DNA of 55,701 bases, taken from positions 1-55,701 of the IMG/VR virus record IMGVR_UViG_3300031740_000002; one strand, 5' to 3'. Position 1 is the first letter of the stretch. Each line of letters opens with the position of its first letter. Shown here piece by piece: positions 1-9,030 of the stretch. This DNA is from a virus. Taxonomy: Duplodnaviria; Caudoviricetes. The position numbers and the translations under genes are program-made. The notes below the pieces were generated by a model, which worked only from the letters and a program-made list of their open reading frames with translations, had not been told where the DNA came from and ran no database searches.

Positions 1-2015
1 TTGATCGTAATGCCCCCGACGTTGGTTGAGTTGGTCGTGTTCGATCCCATGGCAGCCGGCACGATGCCGCCGATGGCCGAGCGCAGGGCGGCCATGCCGT
101 CGGTGACGCCGGTGGCTGCGCCGGCTGTGATCTGGCGTCCCACCTCATCGCGAGCCACCGTCGAAGGCGAGTGGATGCCCAGAATGTTCTGCGCCGCCCC
201 GATGGTGTTGTTGTAGATGAAATTCTTGACGCGCTCGTAAAGCCAACCGGCCAGGGACGAGATGCCGTTCCAGACACCGAAAACCATGTCACGCCCGGCG
301 CTGTAGAACTTACCGATGACCCCGCTGGCCCACTCACCGACCTTGCCGGCCAGGTCCGCGATGGCCGAGATCACCCGCCCGGGCAGGCCCATCATGTCAC
401 TGACGAAGCCGGCGACGCTGCGGTTCACCGACTCCACGGCGGTGTCGAACCAGATCAGGATCTGGTTCCAGATGCCGCCCCAGTCGGTGTTGAGCAGGAA
501 GCTGGCGAGCACCATGAGCAGATCGGTGAAGAACTGGATGGCCGCGATGATCGGTTCGAAGTTGGCGTTGCTGGCGTAGAGCTGAATCAGCCAGCCGATG
601 AATGACGCGATGGGGACCAGCAGCTTGACCACGGCCAGCAGTAGCTGACCCAGCGGGTGGATCAGCGGAATCAGCGAGATCAACAGTTGGGTCAGCGGCG
701 GCACGAGCTCGGCAAGCACCGGCGCCAGTTCCGCGATGGCCGGCGCCAACTCGACGAGCACCTCAGCGAGCACCTCACCCAGGATCGGCACCAGCGGCAG
801 CAGAGCCGTCAGTACCTGCGTGAAGGCCGCCCCGAGCGGCTCCAGTGCCGGCGTCAGTTGGTCCATGACCACGCCGAGGGTGTCCAGCAGGGGTACCAGT
901 ATCGGCGTGACGAACTCGACGAGCTTGCCGAGTAGGGGTAGCAGTCGTGCGAGCAGGCCGCCCAGGGCGGGGGCGATCTTGCCCAGCGATTCGCCCAGGA
1001 CCGGCGTCAGTTCGGTCAGCGACTCTTTGATCTGAGGTATGACCGGCTGGAACGCCTTTGTGAGCTCTATCGACAGCGTGTCCTTAAACGTGGAGAACAC
1101 ACCGAGCAGGGTCTGGGACTGCTTCTCCATGGCGCCCGCGGCGCCGGGGAACTTGGCCATCCCGGTCAGGAGCGCGTTGATGCCGGTGGTGGCGTCGACC
1201 TCGCCAGCGGTGATGGCCTCCATCGACTCGCCGACCGACAGGCCCAGCGCCGCGGCGATGGCCGCGTTCGCGTTGAAGCCGGGCAGCGCCTCGGCGAGCT
1301 GGAGCAGTTCCTCCTGACTGATCTTGCCCTTGCTGGCCATCTGGCCGAACGCACGGACAACGGAGTCGACGCTCTCCTGGGTGCCGCCCAGGACACTGAC
1401 AAGGTTGCCGATGGTGGTGATGGTCGGGATGACCTCATCGCGGGCAATCCCGACGCTGGTACCGAATGCCAGGATGCGCCGCGACGCGTCGGCCACGCCG
1501 GCGAACTCGAAGGGCGTTTTGGCCGCGAACTCCTGAATCTCCTCCAGGAAGCCGCGCGCCTCGCTGGCCGAGCCCAGCATGGCCTCGAGGCCGATCTGCA
1601 CCTGCTCGATGTTGGCCGCGGCCTTCAGGCCGAAGCCGGCGATTGCCGCCAGGCCCGCGCCGGCAGCCACGCCAAGGCTGAGCAGGCCGGCCTTGACCAG
1701 AGCCAGAGCGCCGCCCAGGCGGGCGCTCATGGCGCCGGCAGCGGCGCTGGAGCTGGCCGACACCTGGGCCATGCTGACCTGGGCCTGGTTGCCCACGCCG
1801 CGCAGGGAGCTTTCCGCGATGGCGCCGCCGCGGCGGAAGTCTGTCGCGAGTTCGCGGGAGGCCCCGGCGAACTCGCGTTCTACGCGGTCCATGGCGACGG
1901 CGACGGTCTGCTGGACCTGACGCATCGCGGAGTCGATCGCCGACTTGAGCAGGCGTTCGAACTGCGACACGTCAGGTACGAGCAGCACCGACGCTTCGTC
2001 GATCGGCTGACCCAT
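1..2015 (-). CDS. Tape measure protein (N-terminal part, runs off window start)
   Basis: ATG at 2015 (MGQPIDEAS) after GGGGGTG; Ala/Gly/Leu-rich with a FAAKTPFEF tape-measure motif; follows tail chaperone genes. Confidence 0.92.
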   Translation of the reverse strand, partial: MGQPIDEASVLLVPDVSQFERLLKSAIDSAMRQVQQTVAVAMDRVEREFAGASRELATDFRRGGAIAESSLRGVGNQAQVSMAQVSASSSAAAGAMSARLGGALALVKAGLLSLGVAAGAGLAAIAGFGLKAAANIEQVQIGLEAMLGSASEARGFLEEIQEFAAKTPFEFAGVADASRRILAFGTSVGIARDEVIPTITTIGNLVSVLGGTQESVDSVVRAFGQMASKGKISQEELLQLAEALPGFNANAAIAAALGLSVGESMEAITAGEVDATTGINALLTGMAKFPGAAGAMEKQSQTLLGVFSTFKDTLSIELTKAFQPVIPQIKESLTELTPVLGESLGKIAPALGGLLARLLPLLGKLVEFVTPILVPLLDTLGVVMDQLTPALEPLGAAFTQVLTALLPLVPILGEVLAEVLVELAPAIAELAPVLAELVPPLTQLLISLIPLIHPLGQLLLAVVKLLVPIASFIGWLIQLYASNANFEPIIAAIQFFTDLLMVLASFLLNTDWGGIWNQILIWFDTAVESVNRSVAGFVSDMMGLPGRVISAIADLAGKVGEWASGVIGKFYSAGRDMVFGVWNGISSLAGWLYERVKNFIYNNTIGAAQNILGIHSPSTVARDEVGRQITAGAATGVTDGMAALRSAIGGIVPAAMGSNTTNSTNVGGITI

Positions 2016-2047
2016 CGCCACCCCCGTGACTTATGGTCCTGGTCTGG

Positions 2048-2260
2048 CTAGGTCTGTTGTTGTACGCGGGCCGCGGCCATGCGTTCGATCTCGGCTGGCT
2101 TAATGGTCGCCCATGGTGGCATCCGTGGGTAGAGCCTGTCCGCTGCGCTCGGTGCCGGCCGCTCCGGTCGCAGGTTGATCCAGGTGCCCAGCGGGCCGGT
2201 CAGCCCTCGTATCACGGCGAGGCGGTTGTCTTCAGCCACGTTCATGAGCACGTAGTGCAT
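2048..2260 (-). CDS. Tail assembly chaperone, downstream (-1 frame) segment
   Basis: Lies between chaperone and tape measure; its frame stays open upstream past 2410, overlapping the chaperone. Confidence 0.65.
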   Translation of the reverse strand: MHYVLMNVAEDNRLAVIRGLTGPLGTWINLRPERPAPSAADRLYPRMPPWATIKPAEIERMAAARVQQQT

Positions 2261-2286
2261 GACCAGATCCAGCCAGTCGGCGAGGT

Positions 2287-2823
2287 TTAGATGGCGGTGA
2301 CCTCCGGCTGTGGCGATGGCCCATCCGTTGAAGAGGTGCCATCGTTCCGGGTGGCCGTCGGCTGCTCCGTCGATCCAGTTGGCAAGCTGGATGACGGCGT
2401 CGTAGGGCGCAGGCCGAACTTCTCCAGAAGCAGATACAGCGTCGGCATGACCTCGGTCTGCAGGTCCACCGGGTCATCTTCGTCGTAGAGCCGCTCGCGC
2501 AGGCGCCCCCCTTCGGTGCCGCCGACCATGAGCGCCATGCAGTCAGCCGCAGCCTTCAGGGTGGCCGTCAGATTGCCCTTGGACGATTCGAGCGCCGCGA
2601 GCATTCCCGTCAGACGTTCGATCTTGCCGAAGCCGAGCTTGGCCGGCGCGGTGAACACATTGGCGTCGCCGTCGCCGAGGCGGAACCGGAAGGGTGCCTT
2701 GTTGCGGTTGGTCATGTCGATGACGCCGTCGGCACCGACCATGGGAGTGGGGACGGCCAACCTGCTCAGCACCTCATCGAGAGGCATTTCAGCCGACAGG
2801 TCCGCGGGGGAGGCTTGTGTCAT
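2287..2823 (-). CDS. Tail assembly chaperone
   Basis: Position before tape measure; LLEKFGLRPT motif; TAGACT 6 nt before the ATG (leaderless-type). Confidence 0.75.
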   Translation of the reverse strand: MTQASPADLSAEMPLDEVLSRLAVPTPMVGADGVIDMTNRNKAPFRFRLGDGDANVFTAPAKLGFGKIERLTGMLAALESSKGNLTATLKAAADCMALMVGGTEGGRLRERLYDEDDPVDLQTEVMPTLYLLLEKFGLRPTTPSSSLPTGSTEQPTATRNDGTSSTDGPSPQPEVTAI

Positions 2824-2880
2824 GCAGGCAGTCTAGATCGTTGTCACCTGTCGCCCATAGTGCACCGCCTGACATGTCAC

Positions 2881-3117
2881 TTAGTCACGGGAAACCGGAT
2901 AACCGCCGCGGTTGACCCGAATAGCCGGGATGGCCCACGGCTCTTCCCAGACGTCGATTTCGCCAACGGCCATCATCTCGGCCAGCCAGTCGAGATCCTC
3001 AGCGGTCAGACCGGCGGGCCACACCTGCGGCATGACACCCGTCCTAATCGTGACGAAGTCCCAGGCCGCCGAGCTGGGCGCGCACCAACCACCGCTCGCA
3101 CTGATAACGCTGTCCAT
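2881..3117 (-). CDS. Small protein resembling the N-terminal segment of the mature major capsid protein
   Basis: ISASGGWCAPSSAAWDF and IPAIRVNRGGYPVS match capsid MVAAGGWCAPSQIRYDF and LPTFGVERGGINFPVS; promoter GTGACA-18-TATCGT-7-ATG. Confidence 0.7.
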   Translation of the reverse strand: MDSVISASGGWCAPSSAAWDFVTIRTGVMPQVWPAGLTAEDLDWLAEMMAVGEIDVWEEPWAIPAIRVNRGGYPVSRD

Positions 3118-3137
3118 GTCAGTCACGATAACGCGTC

Positions 3138-3158
3138 ACCACTTGACATGTCACTCAG
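3138..3158. promoter_or_regulatory. TGAC-N2-GTCA motif copy
   Basis: ACCACTTGACATGTCACTCAG; a weaker copy has its core at 2870-2879. Confidence 0.75.
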
Positions 3159-3589
3159 TCTCGCGCCGCAGGTAGCGCGTTGCGTAGGAACGGGTTGGCG
3201 ACCATACCCTGGACACGGCGCGCGTAGACGTAGCGGCCGCGGTGGTGCGGCCGGAAGCGCAGGAACTTGCGACTGCGCGGAGTGATCCAGCGATGGCGCG
3301 GCCCGTGCAGACCGGTGCCGTCGTGCACGTAGCGCGCGTAGACGACATTCGAGCCGATGATGCAGACCGGCAGCCCACGGCGCATCACGATCTGCGTCGT
3401 GATCGAGGCACGCAGGCGCCCGGTGTCGACGCGCTTGGGCCCTCCCACGCCGCCCAGGTTGCGCTTGGCCTGCGTCTCGACCTTCAGGCCGCGTCGTAGC
3501 AGATCCTGGGCCAGCGGGCCGCGTGAGCTGTTGATGAGGGCGCGCAGAGCCTGCGGGTTGAGCCGGTGGGTGACCACGACGCGCGCCAT
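3155..3589 (-). CDS. HK97 gp10-like tail completion/neck protein
   Basis: VDTGRLRASI, GSNVVYARYVHDGT and NPFLRNAL motifs; basic. Confidence 0.85.
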   Translation of the reverse strand: MARVVVTHRLNPQALRALINSSRGPLAQDLLRRGLKVETQAKRNLGGVGGPKRVDTGRLRASITTQIVMRRGLPVCIIGSNVVYARYVHDGTGLHGPRHRWITPRSRKFLRFRPHHRGRYVYARRVQGMVANPFLRNALPAARD

Positions 3590-3592
3590 AGC

Positions 3593-4165
3593 TCAGCCTG
3601 GACACAGACAGGTCGTCACGGCGAACGAGAATGGTATTTCTATCCCACCGCAGCCGCCGGACTCCGGATAGGTCACGGCCGGCTCGATCAGCCAGGCGCC
3701 GATGGTGAAAGCGCTGGCCAGGTCGCTCAGACAGCAGGCCATCCCCTGCAGCGCCGCAGTGCGGTCGTTTTCCAGCGTGATGGCCGCGGCGAGCAGATCA
3801 TCACAGTCCGGCGGCGCGCCGTCCTGGTCCAGTGCGGGCAGGCAGCGAGTGATCGACGCGACGGCGCGGGCGACCATGAAGCGCGGTCCGCATTTGCTCC
3901 AGGTCACGCCGTTGGCCGGCTGCGGGAAGCTGTTCGACCCGTAGACGCTGGTGATAGCCAGAGCGACCTGACCGGGCGCGCCGCAGTCGCCGTCGGTGTC
4001 GCACGGGCCGCAGTTGTCCCAGGCGATGAGGCTGGTGGGTACGAGCAGGCACTGCCGGCACGGGGCACCGGCCGGCGTCTGCTCCAGAGCCTCGACAATG
4101 CAGGCGCCTATGCCGGTGACGATGCCGGCCAGGTTCGGCGAGGTCAGGTTGACATGGACGGTCAT
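3593..4165 (-). CDS. Putative tail terminator (Cys-rich)
   Basis: Gene order between adaptor and gp10-like gene; C-terminal GGCGG; start overlaps upstream stop. Confidence 0.6.
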   Translation of the reverse strand: MTVHVNLTSPNLAGIVTGIGACIVEALEQTPAGAPCRQCLLVPTSLIAWDNCGPCDTDGDCGAPGQVALAITSVYGSNSFPQPANGVTWSKCGPRFMVARAVASITRCLPALDQDGAPPDCDDLLAAAITLENDRTAALQGMACCLSDLASAFTIGAWLIEPAVTYPESGGCGGIEIPFSFAVTTCLCPG

Positions 4166-5001
4166 GTTCCTACCCGGCGGTAACTGCCCCCTGGCTCATC
4201 GACGTCGAAGACCATGGGCACCGACTGCAGGCCCTCGGGGTTGTAGGCCGCGATGAACATGTCGCACCAGCGCAGCCCGAGCCGGCGATCCCGCAGCATC
4301 TCGCTGTAGGTCGGGAAATCGATCGTGATGCCCTGGCGCGTGACGGTGGTGGCGTTCTTGGGGATGGCGCAGGGCGCCCCGGTGCAGGCCTTGATGATCT
4401 CACAGGCCAACTCGCCGACGGCCAGCTTGCCGATTTGCGGGACGGCCTGGCCCACCTGAACGCTGACACTCCAGGTGTCGAGCTCGGTGTCGGCCAGCGT
4501 CATGTCCTGGCAGATCGGCCAGGTCTGGCCACCCAGGCGCACGAGCTCGCGGAAGTTGTCGACGCGATAGCCCGAGGCCGGCAGCGTCTCGCCATTCAGC
4601 TTGACCGACACCACCGCGGCGACCGGGGAGGGCAGCAGGGCTACGGACAACTCGGTGCACGAGCAGGAGCCGCGGCAGCCGCCGCAGGTGAGATTGAACC
4701 AGGCGCCGCCGATCAGCGCCGGGCGTGGCCAGGAGCTTCCCCACTCCCACCACGATCCGCCGCCCTGGCCGAGGCCGCCGAAGCCGCCGCCCCACCACCA
4801 GCCGTCGGCGCAGTCCTGCCGGCAGGGGCGCAGGTCGTCGAACTGGCAGATGCCGAACTGCTGGGCGGAGAGCTGGTAGAGCACCTCGGTTGCGGCCAGC
4901 AGCGCCGAACCGGTGATGGCGGGCGACGCGGTGGACAGGTCACAGCACCAGACCGGTTCCCACGGTTCGCACGGACCGCGGGTGGGTGTCGGGCTGCTCA
5001 T
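4162..5001 (-). CDS. Head-to-tail adaptor
   Basis: ATEVLYQLS, WPICQD, ELACE, TVTRQGIT and YNP motifs typical of actinophage adaptors. Confidence 0.75.
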   Translation of the reverse strand: MSSPTPTRGPCEPWEPVWCCDLSTASPAITGSALLAATEVLYQLSAQQFGICQFDDLRPCRQDCADGWWWGGGFGGLGQGGGSWWEWGSSWPRPALIGGAWFNLTCGGCRGSCSCTELSVALLPSPVAAVVSVKLNGETLPASGYRVDNFRELVRLGGQTWPICQDMTLADTELDTWSVSVQVGQAVPQIGKLAVGELACEIIKACTGAPCAIPKNATTVTRQGITIDFPTYSEMLRDRRLGLRWCDMFIAAYNPEGLQSVPMVFDVDEPGGSYRRVGT

Positions 5002-5123
5002 GGCCTACCACCTGCCTCCCGCCGTTGACAGTGCCGGTCGGTGCCCCCGTGGTACACCGACCGGCGCCGCCCTCGCGTGGCAGGCCTCGACTCGTGCCAC
5101 ACGATCAACGACACCGTACCCGA

Positions 5124-5786
5124 CTACGGGTAGGCGTTGATAGCGCAGGCCGAAGGTGGCGGCGTGGTGCTCTGCAGGTTGTAGAGATAGTGGTCCCCTG
5201 CGACCACCTGGCCCGAGCCCAGATAGCTGTTGCCGACCGTCCACAGCGGCGACGCGTCGTACGAGTTGGCCTTCAGCTGCAGCATCGACGCGTCCGGCCC
5301 GAAGGTCGTATCGCCGCGCTTGCCGTCGGACAGGTGCGGCCACGCGTGATACGGGTAGTAGGCCGTGCCGGTGCCGTCGCACGAACTGGCCGGCACCTGC
5401 CACAGCTCGAGGCTGAAGTGCTTGGGCGTCGCGTTGGACCATGTTCCGTGGGCGAAGCCGGTACCGGTCGGCGAGGCGGTGGCGGTGAGCAGCCGGGCGT
5501 TGATGATGCCGACCGGCAGTCCGACGTTCCAGCCGCACAAGTCGATCGTGACTTCGTCGTTGGTGTACTGGTCCGGGAACTTGAAGTTGACGCACAGCGT
5601 CCCGTCGGCCTTGCGGGTGATGACGCGGTTGCCGTTGTCGTACTGCGGCGACGTCTGCACCTGCGTGAAGCCGTCCCAGACCACCTGGGCCGATGACGAG
5701 CCGGTGACCGGCACGCCGCAGGCGTTGAGCGAAACCACGCGGATAACCAGACCCTGGATCGGCGAGGCACACAGAAGGTTGGTCAT
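5124..5786 (-). CDS. Major tail protein
   Basis: GGAG RBS before MTNLLCAS; RVVSLNACG and FSLELWQ motifs; directly after capsid genes. Confidence 0.75.
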   Translation of the reverse strand: MTNLLCASPIQGLVIRVVSLNACGVPVTGSSSAQVVWDGFTQVQTSPQYDNGNRVITRKADGTLCVNFKFPDQYTNDEVTIDLCGWNVGLPVGIINARLLTATASPTGTGFAHGTWSNATPKHFSLELWQVPASSCDGTGTAYYPYHAWPHLSDGKRGDTTFGPDASMLQLKANSYDASPLWTVGNSYLGSGQVVAGDHYLYNLQSTTPPPSACAINAYP

Positions 5787-5794
5787 GTGATCTC

Positions 5795-6727
5795 CTACGT
5801 TGCCGACAGAGGCGTACCGGTGATGTCGCCACCCAGGCTGATCGCTGCCGCAGGTGTGCAGCAGCACGAGTAGCCGAACAGCCAGGTCTGCTCAACCAGG
5901 GAACGCAGCGTGTTCGTTTCGCGGTCGAACATCTCGGAGAAGCGCCAGGTGTCCGGAGCGCCGCGGTAGCCGAAGATCGGCCCCGACATGTAGATCCAGG
6001 CGACGTTGGCTGTGAGCACGCCGGCCGGTGAGGTGCCTGGGTAGCCACCACCCAGCACGACCAGATTGCCCGACTGGGTCCTGAGTTGAGCGCCGTCGGT
6101 CTTCACCAGATTCCACTGCCACAGCGACGGGCCGAGCGAGGCCGGAACGTGCAGGATGCCCTGGCCGTTGGTCGGTGAGCAGGCCGCCCAGGCAGCCTCG
6201 ACGCGCTGCACGCCCTCGACGATGTCCAGCACCACCCCGGTTACCGGGGTGGCCGCACAGCCGAGCAGGCCCGGCGAGATGCCGGTGTCGACGGTGGCCG
6301 TGTTGTTGGCCAGATGCGGCCAGACCACGTTGGCATCCCCGCCGGCCGAGCCGGTCCAGAACGCCTGCTCAACCTGAAACGGCGTGACCCGCTGCAGGGC
6401 ATCGCGCGCCATGGACTGCCGCTCGGTCTCGCTGTAGCCGACCGGCGAGCAGTCCCACTGCGCGTAGACGGTGAACGCGGTGGCGGCAAACAGGGTCAGG
6501 TCGACGTTGCCGGCCTTGTCGGCAGGTGCGGGCGAGCCCTCGCAGTTGGCCTGGTAGAACGTCGCGATCGCGGCAGGATCGGCGCACCAGTCCTGCCAGG
6601 TGACACCGCCGCGCCAGTGCGGGTCGCCCGCTTCGTCGCGCATGTTAACCGCGGACAGCAGTCCGAAGTTGCGCGGCGTGTACGGAGGGGGCGCCACGAT
6701 CTGGCGCGGTCCGCCGATGGCTACCAT
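5795..6727 (-). CDS. Second capsid protein (pentamer-type/minor capsid)
   Basis: 310 aa directly after the major capsid; FGLLSAV, HWRGGV, VEQAFW, GGGY; arrangement as in actinophages with separate hexamer and pentamer proteins. Confidence 0.7.
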   Translation of the reverse strand: MVAIGGPRQIVAPPPYTPRNFGLLSAVNMRDEAGDPHWRGGVTWQDWCADPAAIATFYQANCEGSPAPADKAGNVDLTLFAATAFTVYAQWDCSPVGYSETERQSMARDALQRVTPFQVEQAFWTGSAGGDANVVWPHLANNTATVDTGISPGLLGCAATPVTGVVLDIVEGVQRVEAAWAACSPTNGQGILHVPASLGPSLWQWNLVKTDGAQLRTQSGNLVVLGGGYPGTSPAGVLTANVAWIYMSGPIFGYRGAPDTWRFSEMFDRETNTLRSLVEQTWLFGYSCCCTPAAAISLGGDITGTPLSAT

Positions 6728-6791
6728 CTCGTGTCACCCCCTCCGGTGCGTCGGGCCTAGCGTCTTTCGGGCGGTGTCGCTCACCCGACGG

Positions 6792-8684
6792 TTACGGGCA
6801 GCAGGACGTCAGGTCGGCTGCGCCGGTGGTGCCGTCCGGGCAGACGTTCATCGTGTACTCGCGCACCTCGTGACCGAACCGGGCGATGAGGTGGCACTCC
6901 TCGAGCCACGCCGCGGTGAAGTCGTTGGTCTCATTCAGCGTCGAGTCACGCACCACGCCGAGGTTGAGCGCCATGCCGTTGCCGCGGGCCACGGTGCCGG
7001 CCGCGTACATGAGGCCCTTCAGAGTCGACGGATACTGGGTGATCGCGGTGGCCGCGCCGGGCTGGCCGGACGCGCGGACCTGATAATCCTGCACGAACTG
7101 CACGCGGATGCCGCGCACGTCGAACCAGCGCGCGATCTCCGAGTTCGGCACGGCCATGAAGTCGGACACGCCGGTGCGCTTGGCCAGGTCGGCACGGACC
7201 AGGCCGAGCGACCATTCCGGCAGCACCCACTCGATCACGTCCGTGTCGCACATGCCGAACTTGGCCCGGTAGTCGATCGCGGACAGCTCGGCGGTGTTGA
7301 GCACCGGAGCCGCCGCGCCGGTGCCGGTGGCCGAACATCCGGCGACCGCGGTGGACAGGTTGGCGATGCTCGCGATGTAGCGGGCGTTGCTGGCGTGGTA
7401 GTGCGCGGACATGAGCAGGCGCAGGAAGTTGCGGGTCGACTCGGGCCATGCGTTGTCGGCCAGGTTGCCAGCAGTCATGCAGATGCCGTAGCACTCCAGG
7501 CGCACGTCGCTCATGGTCGAGCAGGGCACCCGGATGCACGGCTTCGTCGGCGAACCGGTGGCGGCCAGGATGTCCGAATGCTCGGTCCACAGCCACGGCA
7601 CGGTGGCGTTGCTGAACGCCGTGTACCAGGGCAGTGCCGGACTGAACGTGTCGGCCAGGCTCGGGCTGACCGGGAAGTTGATGCCGCCGCGCTCCACGCC
7701 GAAGGTCGGCAGGTCGATCATGCCGCACTCGCCGGCGATGTTGAAGAAGTCGTAGCGGATCTGGCTCGGTGCACACCAGCCGCCCGCGGCCACCATCGTC
7801 TCGAAGGCGGAGCCGCTGGCCTTCGAGCGCAACCCCTCGATGTAGGCGTCCACCGCGTCACGCGGAGTCGTCTCATTGAAGCGGTTGGCGCCGAAGTCGT
7901 GCGCGATCGAGGCGACCTGCACGCCGCCGTAGGGCTTCTGGTGGTCGGCATCCCCGCGCAGGCGGTGGTAGGCCGCGGCACCGTCGCGGACCTGGCGACG
8001 ACTGAAGCCGTTCTGGTCGGCCATGTTGCGGGCGCGGTCCTCGACCAGATCGGTGAGCTGACGCATCTGGGAGATGCGGCCACCCATCTCGACCTGTCCG
8101 GGAAGGCCCACGCTTGCGGTCAGTGCGAGCGGCGCGGCGCCTGGATCGCTGGACAGCGCGGGCTGTGCGGTGCGCATGCTCGACAGCGACGGGTTGAGGC
8201 TGCGCCTGGGGCCGCCCACGCCGCCGGTGTCGCGCGAGCCGGTCTGGGCGCCGCCGGTCGGGCGCGCCGATGATGCGGCGATGGCCTGCGGTGTGGGCGC
8301 CGCCACGGCGGGCTGGGCAGGCTCGGCGCCGCCCGGCACAGCGTCAGCCGCGTTGCCGTCGTCGCCGGTCGTGTCGCCTTCGTCGCCTGGCTCGGTGGCC
8401 TCGGGCGGGCGCACGTCGTTGATGAGCGCCTCGAATTCGGCGTCCGTCTCGGCGATCTCGTCGGCGATCGCCTTCTCACGGCCCTTGATCGCCTTGATGG
8501 CCTTCCCGAGCCGCTGCGCCTCGGGCAGGTTCTCCGGCGTGCGGTTCTCCAGAACCACGTCCAGTTCGGCGTCGGCCTGGGTCCGCAGCTCGGCCAGCTG
8601 TTCGACGGTCAGACTCGTCAGATCAGCGGGAAGTTGGAAGGGGGCGCCCGCGTCGCCAGCGCCGCCCGTGGTGGTCTTCGGCAT
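6792..8684 (-). CDS. Major capsid (hexamer) protein with N-terminal scaffold-like region
   Basis: Acidic coiled-coil N-terminus, then AAGGWCAPS..YDF, KPCIRVPC, AGNL..WPE and RDSTLN..ND motifs; start reassigned to MPKTT. Confidence 0.9.
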   Translation of the reverse strand: MPKTTTGGAGDAGAPFQLPADLTSLTVEQLAELRTQADAELDVVLENRTPENLPEAQRLGKAIKAIKGREKAIADEIAETDAEFEALINDVRPPEATEPGDEGDTTGDDGNAADAVPGGAEPAQPAVAAPTPQAIAASSARPTGGAQTGSRDTGGVGGPRRSLNPSLSSMRTAQPALSSDPGAAPLALTASVGLPGQVEMGGRISQMRQLTDLVEDRARNMADQNGFSRRQVRDGAAAYHRLRGDADHQKPYGGVQVASIAHDFGANRFNETTPRDAVDAYIEGLRSKASGSAFETMVAAGGWCAPSQIRYDFFNIAGECGMIDLPTFGVERGGINFPVSPSLADTFSPALPWYTAFSNATVPWLWTEHSDILAATGSPTKPCIRVPCSTMSDVRLECYGICMTAGNLADNAWPESTRNFLRLLMSAHYHASNARYIASIANLSTAVAGCSATGTGAAAPVLNTAELSAIDYRAKFGMCDTDVIEWVLPEWSLGLVRADLAKRTGVSDFMAVPNSEIARWFDVRGIRVQFVQDYQVRASGQPGAATAITQYPSTLKGLMYAAGTVARGNGMALNLGVVRDSTLNETNDFTAAWLEECHLIARFGHEVREYTMNVCPDGTTGAADLTSCCP

Positions 8685-8797
8685 GGATGCCCCCGTGGTA
8701 AGAGATGAATTCGATTCACCTTCAGCCGGTGGCACCCAGCCCAATTACGTCTTTGCGCGCCATCATAGGGTGTGGTGATCAGATTACGCCATAGACC

Positions 8798-8887
8798 CTA
8801 CTGCGCCGCACCTGATTCGCCGGAGCCGGTGGTGGGCGGTGGCGTCTGCGGCTGGGGCGGTGTCGTCCCCTTTCCACATGAACACAT
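8798..8887 (-). CDS. Micro-protein MCSCGK...SGAAQ (29 aa)
   Basis: Strong RBS GGGGAGGTG; absent from the ORF track, translated by hand. Confidence 0.7.
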   Translation of the reverse strand: MCSCGKGTTPPQPQTPPPTTGSGESGAAQ

Positions 8888-8901
8888 GGTGATCACCTCC
8901 C

Positions 8902-9030
8902 CTACTGGGCTGCGCCGGAGTCTTCGGTACCGGTGGTTTCCGGTGGCGGCACGCTCGGATCACGGTGCGGCTCGTGACGCTGCCCGCACTGCTGGCACAT
9001 CGGCCATACGACGTCCTGAGCCTCAGCCAT
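8902..9030 (-). CDS. Micro-protein with CxxC, ending SGAAQ (42 aa)
   Basis: ATG overlaps protease end; C-terminus resembles 8798-8887; translated by hand. Confidence 0.6.
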   Translation of the reverse strand: MAEAQDVVWPMCQQCGQRHEPHRDPSVPPPETTGTEDSGAAQ

